A stretch of DNA of 53,550 nucleotides, filler included, from Sphacelaria rigidula (lineage: Eukaryota), in NCBI GenBank assembly GCA_964200075.2. It is 2 parts of 2 records of this genome, joined end to end, with 100 filler letters (N's around TTAATTAATTAA, not from the genome) between each part and the next. Parts side by side here need not be neighbours in the genome. Positions count along the whole stretch, not along the records: positions 1 to 26,744 come from CAXNAA020000131.1; 1 more part is not named here. One strand, written 5' to 3'. Below are positions 9,201-21,200 of the stretch, piece after piece (position 1 is the stretch's first letter; every line of letters starts with the position of its first letter). The translations under genes were made by a program, and so were the position numbers. The notes beneath the pieces were generated by a model. That model did no database searches and was not told the origin of the DNA. It was given only the letters and a program-made list of their open reading frames with translations.

Positions 9201-12200
9201 CACCATCAAGCGAGTTTGTAGAGCCTGATCGTCCGACGGAATCCACAAACATCACTACTGCCAACACGCACGCGAAACAAACTATCGTCAGCCAAGGCAG
9301 CTTGAGCGAAAGTCGTAGGAAAAGAATGAACACCGTCACCGACATTTTTGCGCTGCGCGGTACGAATGACATGTAACGAGGGCAGCGAATCATCGGCATC
9401 ACACGGGCTGTACACAGTAACAGAACGAGCAGGCACGGTAGGAACCTTCACCCAGCGAGACAACAAATACCCCCAACAGTTGTGCTCTCCAGGGATATGT
9501 TCAATGGCATACCGATATTGACCGAGCACCCCTTTCCAATTTTCAAGCCGTTGTGCCATGGCCTTCGTCACCGATGTGACACACTCTTCAGGGTTAAAAA
9601 TGTACTTCCTTTGTCCAATAAGTAAAGCCCGTTATGGGGGATAGGCCGGACCTCGCCAACGGAGGTGCTCACGATATCATGGTTAGATTCGTTGAAAACA
9701 TATAGTTGTGGAGATGGCCACTGGAAAAATCAAAAATAAAATATTCGACCTACAACCGTAGAATCGTTGAGTCAAACATGGCCAAATTCTGACCAAATTC
9801 CGTCCAATCTGTACATTTCCGGCGGAATTTCGACGAGTTTGGCTTGTTTTGAAGTAATTGAAGGCTGCAATGTAAACGAGTGGTTTCGGACTAGGCGTAG
9901 CTATCGTATTCCAGCAATGAATCGGAGAAAAAGAGCCATTTACGCTTTTTTCGCGATTTTTCGCGGTTTTTCGGGTTTCCTGGATTCTTCTCTGCGTTCT
10001 GGTAGTGGCGCGAAATATGGTCATTTCTGGGCCGTGTGATCGTTTATCGGCCCGTTCGGGCACGCTGGCTGCTGCGCAAAAAGAAGAAAATAAAACGTAA
10101 TTCATCTGAAAAACCCGCAAGATTTCAAAAAACAAATATCGCCTACGGCATTGGACTCAGTTAAGGGTCCGTGTGATCATAAAGGACTTTGCTTATGGGA
10201 CAGAGGAAGTATTTAGGATTTCGATGATCGGTGAAAATGCGAACACCACCCCAAATCAAGTACTCTAGCCTTCGAAATGTATTAACTATAGCGAAACCTT
10301 CTTTTCCCACTGTCGCCCACCGCAACTGTGAACCCTTGAAGCTACCACTCAGAAAAGCCAACGCTTCGTGTGACATGTTTTTGAGCGAAATGCCACCACT
10401 AAACTCGCCGACAGGCACTTGCGTTAAAAACTACCCCAGTGGAAATCCGAAGTCTCTGGAAACATCAGAACAACGCATCCGAGGATGATACAGCGGCAGC
10501 GCTTGCGCCACCAAATCTTGCGCATCACACCATGCCCACACACGATCCTCCGTCCAAGCATCCTCCGGGATGATACGATCACGCGCCACCCGCTTGGTCC
10601 GACGCAAAGCCCCGACCATAAGTTGTTCCCAAAACACACGAAGTGGCGCACCTAATTTCGCCATGCGCGGAAGCGAAGCCCGCAACCCGTTCACCGACTG
10701 CAGTAACTGCATCAGCTCACTAGCGGTTTGAGGACGTTGCATATTGCTCAATCCTTGGATGCGGACGGAATCATGCGAAAAACTACCCTTGGAGTACACC
10801 TTACCACACCAAACCACTTCGCGGGCAAACAAGGTACACTTATGCGCAGCGACGAACAGACCAACACTTTCCAAACGGCCAATGTTATCGTCAAGGAAAG
10901 CTAACAATGCTTCTCCGGTTTCAGCAAAATAGAAAACGTCATCCACCCACACTTTACAGTTTAAACCTCGCAAAATGTCAGTCAGCACACCTTGGAAATA
11001 CGCCGTGGCGTTCAACATGCCCTGCGAGACACGAGTAGGCGTAAACAAACCGTCGGGCGTGACGATCTCGAATATCTCCTGAGCCTCCGGCGCCAGAGGC
11101 ATCTGCCAATACCCCTGTAGCAGGTCCACCTTGCCGAAGCATTGGGCTCCCAGCAACTCCCGCATGTCTTCTTGGCTTGGCATCACCCCTGGAGATTGTT
11201 CCACTTGCGCGTTCACCGCCTGATAGTCGCTGACCAAACGGAATGTGTCCCTCTCCGGCACCGCCATCGCCGGACCCGCCCACACAGCCTGGATGTTGCC
11301 AACTACTGAACCAAACGCTATCAAAGCTGCGATGCATGAAGCCGGCCACCCGGTCTTCACCGGATCGTAGCGTCGGGGCTTGGCTTTCACAGCCTTTGCA
11401 TGTGGCTTGAATTGCATCCTCATGGGCTCTACGCGCGCTGGCGGATCACCACATAGCGCGCGACGAAAGGTATCCACGCGACGAGCCAAGATATCACGCA
11501 GACGATAGGCGCCATCCGCGCTCAGGCCCTTCTGCCCGGCCTGCTGCACGCTATCCTCTAGCGCATGTTTTCTTGCACCTCTCTCCTCCGCAGAGTCCAT
11601 ATATATGTCGGGCCCCCATCGTCCAGATCCAGATCGCCACGCAGCAAGGTAGCTGGGGTTTTCCACGCCGGTTTGCACCGGCACAGCACGCGGGCGTAAC
11701 TTATCCAACGCCAGCGGGTACAAATCAATCCCGAGCTCCTTCATCGTCGCCATCCCAAACAGAACAACGTTGTCCCTGCCGGACATGACAGCAAAAGTGA
11801 TGGGATGCAACTCCACAGCCCTCCACGGCGTACGCACGCTAACAGCAATCGGCACCATTTTGTGTGTAACCGTCACGGGAGCACCCGTGGCGGTCTGTGC
11901 CATTTGCGCTCCATTTTCGAAGGGAATCTGCAGCTGAGCGCTGCCAAACTGCGAAGACATTTGTTCTGGCAACCCCACACCGATCGATGTGAGCACGGAC
12001 CCAGAATCCAGAATAACGCGGGCCATGAACGAATCTATGGAACCAGACAAGGAAAGGTCTGTGCGTAAACATTCTTCGGTGCGATCGACAGGTACCACGC
12101 CTGCCGAAGAACCCTGGTCGGTACCAAGAGTCACCTGATGCCAAGGGCTGCGCTCCAGTACTGGGCATCGGTAATTGAGGATCGGCGGTCCACCCAGACC

Positions 12201-15200
12201 ACGTCGCCGAATATGCAGACGGCGGTGTTACAGCCATCGCAGCAGTGGAAGATGCACCAGACACGGATCCTGCCTGGCCGAGGGGTTGCGAACTATTCGC
12301 TCCAGCACTCCCCACCGAAGTATTTGCATTTCTGTCCGCCCCGACACGGACGAACCATGAGATCCAGAGTCACCACCTGATGACGTAATGGAAAAAGGAG
12401 CAGCAGAGGAGTCATCATCCGCCGCCGATTACTTGCTACCGCGACCGCCGCGCCCACGTCCCTGGTTGGCACGACCCCGTCCACCGTGACGACCGCCTCG
12501 AGATCCTGATAAATGTCGCGCATTGCCCTGAGCAGCGCCTTGAGCGCGAGTCTTGGGGCAGTCCTTAATCAGGTGTCCGTTGTCGCCGCAGTTGTAACAC
12601 GCGCGAGTGGACGACGTTCGCGAAGGCGGCTGCTGTTTCTGCTGCTGTTGTTGTTTGCGGCGCGCACCACCTGCACTTGCCGCAGAATCGCGCCGGCTCT
12701 GCGCCTCAATGAACTTCCAAAGGTCGACGGCATCAGATATTTTGTTCAACACCATCGTCGGATTCTTTTCCCATCCGGCTACATGCGCTAGTACACTTCC
12801 GGAGGTGGAATCCCCGTCCACGAAAGCTGTGGAAACCGACTCGGACGGGCTTGGCAACCAGCTCCTGTCCTCCGCACGGTACATGGCTTGCACCATGAGG
12901 TTTCCAGCGTAAAACGTTTCCATCGATCAATTGACCACCATCGCTCTATCTTTGACGGATATTCCACAGCTTTGCGGCATAGTAAAAACTTTATGCCGGT
13001 CTGCTGCAGCCCGCGCGGTGTTATGTTTGCTACCGGTCGTGGTGTACCCGGCATGCTGCTTCATAGCATCTAGCGATTCGTCGGGGGTCATAGCACGACA
13101 GTCCTTGTACATGCCTTCGAAGCACCGATGAATGTATGTAGGGATGAGTTGAACTATGCTCACCCTAGCATGCCGTACAACTTCTTGAGCATTCGCGAGG
13201 TACAAATGCTCTATGTAGTCGAGATATTTGGCGTAGAAAATTCTTGATGCTTCCTCGATCCACACCTTGCCATACATTGGCGGGTCTAGCGGCTCACCTA
13301 AGACCAGCGGCGCTGTCGCCGCTTGAGCCATGTTGTCAAAAATTCGAACACTTCACGGAGAGACTCTTGCCTGACTTGTGCGTCCACCAGCCCACGAAGC
13401 GTTCTCCACTGCTGTGCGCTTCAAGTTGTCTCCCTCCGACCGCGGGCCAAACTGGCTTCCAGCTGCGGCCCCTCTCCTCAGCCAAACTCCTCCAACAGAG
13501 TGCCGAAAAGAATACATAGATAATCTAGCCTGTGCCAGACGATCTGGTCAAGAGAACTTTCAACGAGGGACTCCTCCAGTATCACTGGCCTCGTGCTCCA
13601 CAAGTCCTTTCTTCTCACTTGTTACTATCACGGAGTGATCCTCAACAGATCACATCACGAGCCAGACAGCAAAGAGCCACACAGAAGGGGGCCATCAATC
13701 CAGGATTCCCTATCCCCTGCCACTGCTCCAATCATGCATGCGATTACACTGAAACCTACGGCTTGGTATCATTTCGGCTACAGGATGCAGATATATGTCA
13801 ACGATATGTTTTCAGTGAAATTCGCAGGTTCAGACCCCAGGGTTCACTCCTGTAGTGAAACTGGTATACCAACGGCCCGTTTGGTCGGATTTCGTTCGTT
13901 CGAATCCCAAAACACATATGTATATATGTTATTCAGTTTCCGTCGTCGGAAGAGTGAGGACGCGAGCAGCCACATACAAGTCCGATGAAAGCCAACGGAG
14001 TGCTAATTTAGTACTGGACAATTAAGTGCAACAAAAGGCAATGCCAGAGGAGGGACGGCTTATCTTCTCGAGGCTTTACGGACTCAAAAAAGGGAGTCGA
14101 GGCGTTGAAAGTATCAAAAACATACAGATACGGGAAAACACCATAGAGTGGTTCTACGGCGTGAGTGCACATTCTCCCCCGGGGCTCTTCACCTCAGGAG
14201 CCTCTGAATGACAAGCATCTGGGCCTTAGTGTACAGCCCCAGAAAATGTTTGGGCTACAGAGTGCACGCACCCCCACCCTAGAATCGCTCCATAGTGTGT
14301 GTAGGGCTGCGTGTTGGTCAGCTTAATCAATACAACATACGCCGAAGATTATTATAGCCAAGATGCTAATATCTACGAGTGTGGGCAGCTCACTACGACG
14401 CACTTACAGTAGGATGAAGAGTGATCGCCGGGGGAGGGCGTCTCCAGCGTCTCCCCGAGATGGCGGCTAGGGTCACCTGCATGCCGTAAGACTGCACCAG
14501 ACGATGCTCACTCTCTTCGGTAGATTTGGGCATGAAGTTGGGCATACTTGTTGTGATCCAGGGGTGCCTGCGACCTCGTTGTTTCAAGTTCTTTGGGATG
14601 GCACACCTGCTGGTCTAGGGTCACGAGATCCAACATGTACAGGTAAGACGGGTCTCGTCGGGCTCTCGCGCTCCCCGTCCTTGTCGGAACGGTCTTCGCC
14701 GCGAAACAGATCTCTATCGTTTGTGCATGTTGTGACAGCAATCTCTGATATTGACATGTAAAGGTTGGCTTCGATATGAGCAGTGAACTGGTGTCGATAC
14801 TTATTGGTACGGTGCAGCGTCCAAACGAGCGCCGCGAGGGCATGAGCCCGCCGAAGCGCCTCCCTCCCTGCCTGGTGGAGATCAGCCAAAGGTGTCGCTC
14901 GAGGCAAAAAAGGAGAAACTGCGCGGCTTGTTGTCTCTTTGAACTCGAGGTCACTACTTTGATAGTATAGGGGCAACATTCTTCGTGTACGAAGTTCAAT
15001 TTCCATTATGTCGAACGACCTCTGCTGGTGAGCGCCCTTTCAGTGCTGGAGACGCTGTTCGTGCCCGAGGTTAACTGCTTGGAGGACGCTGCTGCCGCTG
15101 TCAACAGCAACATCTTTCGCGCCACACCACAGTTCAACGACGACACTAACATATCATTTGTGAAAATCATGGTGAAAGGTCACAATATACCCTTATTCAA

Positions 15201-18200
15201 TGGGAACTGACGATAGCATGGGCATCAATATCTTGGCTCATTCAGAATACACGAAATTCAACTACAATCCGAGGCTTCAGCAAGAGGTGTGTCGGGTAAC
15301 CTGCAAGTATCTCTCTCCATTTATTCGGAGAATCTGACTCACCTGTGGCACTTGCAAGTACTTTCTTGAATCCCCAGTCGCCTTTAGCGGTGGTTTGTGA
15401 ATTAATAAGGCGGTATATCGGAGGCAATCAGTACAACAAGGGCGAAGTACGTATACTACGGTACCGTATATCCAGCATTGTACAGTACAACAATATACTG
15501 TTCTTTCATCACGCCATTTCGACTAGCAACGTTTTTCGCAGACGGTGTAGTTTATTCCATTACAATTGGTGCTGTCTGAGACTGCGGTCACACATGGGGC
15601 CTTTCTTCCTTTTCTTGTTATCTCGTCTAACTCCTCCCCTCCCTCGGGACGAGTCCCGTGGTCTCAAGGGATCAAGCCACCTCTCCCCCGATACCCGTCT
15701 TTTATTTTGGTGTCGCGGACTGGATCATGGCTACAGCACTCCCGCACCGCGTCCACAGTCGTCGAATAAATAAACTCAGTCAGCCCAATATACTTTTTCC
15801 CGGTAGTGACGTCCTTACGCTTTCAAAGACGGAAACCAGGTAGGTCTAATGAAAAAAGAATCAAACTAGGCGCATCTGGCGGCGCTCGAACCCGTGTTTT
15901 CCTGCCCTAGTAGCGTCAGTGGTATCAGAGCAATGCTACGGTAGGGGTGCACTTTTTGCGCTAAATCTTGTCTGGTTCAGGGGCTCCTAAAGATTCTAAA
16001 TGCACAAGAATATGGGTCAGGTCACGCCCGTTTGCAAATCCATTCGGTACATCCCTAGCACATTGGATCAGTAACCCTGGCTTACTCTCAGATATTTCAT
16101 AAGTCGTGTTTGGCACGAGATAAAGGGCTCCTGAAAATTCTGACCTCAGAAAATATTTGTGCACCCCTACCGTAGCATCCCTCATCACTTGACGACCGGG
16201 GCGCGGCGGCATTCGTGTTGTGATGGTTATTCCGTGACGTGATCGTGTATCGACATCGACCCATATCCAGTGGTCCCGACACGTAGCCGTAGCAAGCACC
16301 GTTGGGAAACAGTACTGACACTACCGCGAGTAGAGTCACATATCTCAGCACGATCGTTCCGATGACACTTTTTCGGTGCGTGGCATGGTCGAATGGTCCG
16401 ACTGTTACCAGTAGGGTGGAGAGAACACGTGGATTGGTGTGGAGAGACCGTGGGTTCGATTTCCAATGCGTCGGGGGTTTTCTTGAAGTATTTGATTTCA
16501 CCTTCGAAATCATGAGTACGTGAGTAAACGAATAGTAATTAACTGAGTTTGTTTGACGAAAGTTGACGCGGCGCGGGGGTGCTGACCCAATCCGCGAGAC
16601 GGAAATGCACGGCGTGTACCGGGGGGGGGAGGGGCGTACTCATTTGTTACTTGTCTTAGCCGTTTGACCATTGACCACGCATACATTTTGAGACGGAGCG
16701 TATACCGGGGAGATATGGGTTAATCCCTTGAGACCAAGGACTCGTCCCGAGGAAGGGAAGGGGATTAAAGTGCGACATATGAAAAAATAATAAATAAATA
16801 ATTCAACGTAAGAACCTGGATCGCAATATTTACACCCACCTCAGGAAACAGTCCAAACGTTTCTCAGCTGCTACATTTTATTGAGAGTTTTTACGTATTT
16901 CTTCGTACGTCGTGGATTGAATTATTCATGTGATCAGAAGTTTTAGTGCAGGTCATATCGCTTTTTCCATCAGAGTATAATCTTCCTACGGATATATTCT
17001 GTCCCCGAACACAAATCATGACTATCTGAAACATACGTTCAATCTGGAGATTGGATGCGGACAAGCGAACGGTCGTCGATTGTTTGTCGTGGGCACTACG
17101 TTCCGATCCTGACACAGGCCTCACTCCCCCTGTTGAATGCCGCTAGCGCGCAGAACATTTCCACGTGGATAATCTCGGCACGTGATTCTTTATGTGTACT
17201 TTACCCTAGCCTTCGAATACCCCGCGGCAACTGTGTCGAAGCCATGCATCCGATGACGTTTGCGACATTCTTTCAGGTTTCTTTTAGCCCACGATGCGTA
17301 CAGTGCAGCTAGCTAGCATCGGAGCAGGAGTAGTCAGCACCAGATATGCTGCCGACACGTCTGACAACAATTATTCGTTGAGTTCTATACCGGTAAATGT
17401 AAACAACACTACAGAGCGTGAGCCGCAGTCCGTACCCTGTCAAACGAATCTCATTCTGTCGGGCGAAACCTTAATGGTATTCTTCTCTCGTCATCTTATT
17501 GAAGATATACTCGGGAAGACACACGATTAGATGCCGAGCGTTCCCTGAGAGGATTTGTTTTGTAATTTTAATAGGTAGTGCACCGCCGAATCCGTAGCGA
17601 GCTAGATATTAATCGGCGGCGCTGAAATCAACCAGTCCATCATTTGCACGATTCCTGGCGAATCCGGGTATTCCGGACGTAAACTGGCAACCGTTGATCT
17701 GGATTTCTTGCATCGTGCCGGCAAACCCTGTCCCAGGTGCTCAAATTAGAGTCCGTTGCGGGAGGGGGTAACAAGGACTCAAATGCGGCCGCAGCTGCAG
17801 CTGCGGTAGCGGCGGCGGAAGGAGGGAGGGGGAGCGGCGGCGGTTCAAATTTGAGCATGAACCAGACGTTGGAGGGGCACGAAGGCTCAGTGGTAAGATG
17901 CGTCAGCCACATGTACATGTGCGGCGCAACTCGGTTCTCGTCGGTACCGGGGAGAACAACCTTTTTTAACGGGCGGCACAGACAACATGACAGGGGGTGT
18001 TGAGCTTGCATTTTAGTCTCGCCTACTTGCTGCCGACTAGTTGTTGGTCTTCCGTGGTTGAATTATGAAGACGACGGCTCCAGCAGGCTGAGCCAGCGCT
18101 AGCAGCACACCACATGTCTCAGCAGGGTCGGAGAAGCGGCACAGAGAAGAAAAAAGCTTGAAGGTAACCCGGTGTGCCTGGCCAACCGACGCCAAGCCTC

Positions 18201-21200
18201 ACCTTTGGAGGCAAGGGAGCAGGGAGGAGAAGGATGAGTGACAGCGGGCGTGTGTGATCGTGCAAGCCGTTATTGGTTGGTTGCTGCTCTGCCTCTGTCT
18301 CTCCGTCCCTCCGTCTCTGTCTTTCTGTCTGTCTGTCCCTGTCTTCGTCTGTGTCCCTGTCATTCTTGCGCCCCGCAGTCGCGAACGACTACGAATGCAA
18401 ATGAGGACCCTGAAGGCACCGTCAATCTAATGAGACGCAGTATAATAAATGAATATCATACATGGTATATGTACTCCAGGCACCATCAGAGTTTGTTTGT
18501 TTCCGAAAATCAGAGTACGGCTATTTCATGCCATCATGACATTTCCCCCAGCGAATAAAAGGACAAATTTATCGGGTTTTTTTTCTTTTCTGAAAAATCA
18601 TAATAGGTGTGCGTGACCTGGAATGCTACATACTCGAAGCTCACGACGTGCGACGAGCACGGCCTGATCATCGTGTGGATGTTGCATAAGGGGCTGTGGT
18701 TCGAGGAGATGATCAACAACCGGAACAAATCTGCCGTGAGGGATATGAAGGTCAGCTGTGTAAACCATTGCAGTGTTCCCAACACCCATGCGTCAAGCGT
18801 GTGTCGTATTCCACGACTACTGCGGCAGTGCAGTATAGCCCCCCGATGGCCTGGGTTCAAGGAAGACCTGGGGGTCTCTGGAACCAGCTCACCGGTCCTT
18901 CCTTGAGTCGGCATAAATGATCGAATAGACGAAGCTGCTGTGGGAAAATTTAGCATGACGACCAAGGCCGTCACGGAGAGTTGGAAGCGACATTCCGTCC
19001 GTATTCTTCGTGCATCAATGTCCACGGCGACGAAAAACCTCGTATACCTACCGGGGAGAGATGGGTTTATCCCGTGAGACCACGGACTCGTCACGAGGTA
19101 GGGAAGGGGTTCAAAGTGCGATGAATTAAAAAAATAACACATGAGCAATAAATGAAAAAACCTCGTGACCTCATCTTTTTCAGAGATTTAACTTTCCTGC
19201 ATGTCATAGTTTTCCTTCGGGTTGTGGGCAACATGCAGCGTATTCTATGAACCGAATTTCCAGCTAACCTGCGCAAGCGTTACCTGTCCGAGCGCGGCCA
19301 TTTTTGTCGCGTGCCTGCCGGTGTGCGTGCGTCAACATTACTATCCATCGCAGTGGACCAGCAATGGGCAGAAAATCTGCATCATCTACGCGGACGGGGC
19401 AGTTATCGTGGGTTCAGTGGATGGCAACCGTCTGTGGGGCAAGGAGTTGGACATGGGTCTCCTTAAAGTCGAGTGGGCTCCAGATGGCCGAAGGTTCGCA
19501 ACTCGTGCTCGCTCGCGGTCTTGCATTCTTGCGCAAGCTCCATCACATCATGTGGATATATATCTACCTTGGATATGGACGTCCATTTGCGATACCAATC
19601 TGGGCCATCAGATCTATCTGGGATAGCCATATGAGATTTGGACATGCATCTGGAGCATGAACATCCATCTGTCGGATATGAACGTTCCAAAATGACATGC
19701 CGCAAGCATACCGTTTCCAACATGGATGCCCATATCCCACATGAACATTATAGATGGACGACACTTTTTACGATAGCCCCCCGCAGAAATCAGCCAAAAC
19801 GTGTCACGAAAAAAATGGCCATACAGCTCCTGATGTTGGGTTCAGGCTGCATTAAGCGCCTCATATGGGCGACATTGGCTAGAACGAACCCAAGCGTGAG
19901 AATTCCCCGCTGCTCGCTGTGCTCGGCTTTTCCCATTTCGATTTAAGTAAAGATTTTGCCATCCCAAACCATGCCTTTTTGGGGGGGGGGGGCTATCGTA
20001 GAAAGTTTCGGACATTGATATCCCAGCTAGACGTCTCAGGTGGATATGATATGCAGATTAGTATTCCAGATCGGTGTGATATCCCACATGAAGGTTGCAC
20101 AATAATGCGAGGCTCCCTACCCGCCGCTGTTTGTCGTGAGAACTATACACTAGAACGTTGCTCAGAAACTTTATTTTTATCAGTTGTCGGCCAATCCGCT
20201 CGTTGCCTCGCACGTGCGTTTCTCTCACCTGGAGCTGTGCTGTCGCGTCATCAATGCTCTGTCCCTCCTTCGACAGTCGCGGAGCATAGCTGACACGCGA
20301 TGATTCTTTGTCATGCGCGAACGGAACTGGTGGTATTTTCTGCCAGCGATATTTTCTGCTGCCGAGCATGTAAACACCCCAAAGGCAACATTTTGTTTTT
20401 CTTGGCTTTTTTATTTGCACTACAGATCTTTCCTTCTTGGTGTATGATTTCATGTTGTGCGGCATTTCTTCCGTCAATACACCATGGCATGTCGTACCAC
20501 GTGCGCCCTCCTCAGTACAACGTAGACTAACGACGTTATATTTGAAACGCCGCTCTACTTCTACTCTGGATTTCTCCTCAGACACTAGAAATGGGTGGTT
20601 TGTAACACCGCTGCACGCCTAGACAAGACTGCGGATGTTGTCTTCCGAGTATTTAGAAGCGATACGTCAAAACAATGTCACCGGGATACTAGCTTGCCAC
20701 TGTAATGCGAGTTGGACCATACGCATCCTCCCTTCAACAAACCACGCTTTTGGGGGGGGTCACAACTTTTTGTGGTACAGGATATTGTTTGTAACGACGA
20801 CCGGCGAAGTGCTCATCTACGACGCGCAGGGCAAGCGCGTGAGAGCCATGACTTTACCCGAAGGCTCAGAGGTCACATCAGGATTGGGGTCGAAAACAAC
20901 ACCTTCTGCTGGGTCGGACGGCAAAAACGATGATGACGATGACGAAGATAGTGAGACTAAAGGAAGTGGGTAAACCGCTCACCAATGAGCCTGGGGTGGG
21001 GGGGAAGGATGCAAAAAATGATTGACGACGCAGATGGTGCATTCAAGCCAGATTCACTCGTCGCAGAGTGCGCCACGACGGAGGAGCAATATCTGATCCG
21101 TACCCTTAATTCAACGCTGCGTCTTCTCAGCGCGAGAGAATGCATCAAGAGGCATGCTGCTTACAAGTAATACATACACCACATTACCTGGAGGACGATG

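Larger units (their letters stand above)
7539..13782 (-). mobile_element. Full-length degenerate Ty3/Gypsy LTR retrotransposon with a chromodomain-like integrase tail, antisense in WDR35 intron 1
   Basis: Two 259-bp LTRs (7539-7797 and 13524-13782) ending in GGCTACA, flanked by the 4-bp duplication GGAT (7535-7538, 13783-13786). Internal order on the minus strand is gag-CCHC, protease, RT, RNase H, integrase, chromodomain-like tail, which is the Gypsy order. Stops and frameshifts are present. Confidence 0.95.

Noticed and set aside
9683-10135. 150-aa ORF inside the Gypsy element, as a possible extra gene
   Set aside because: It lies wholly within the nested non-autonomous MITE and shows no recognisable motif.
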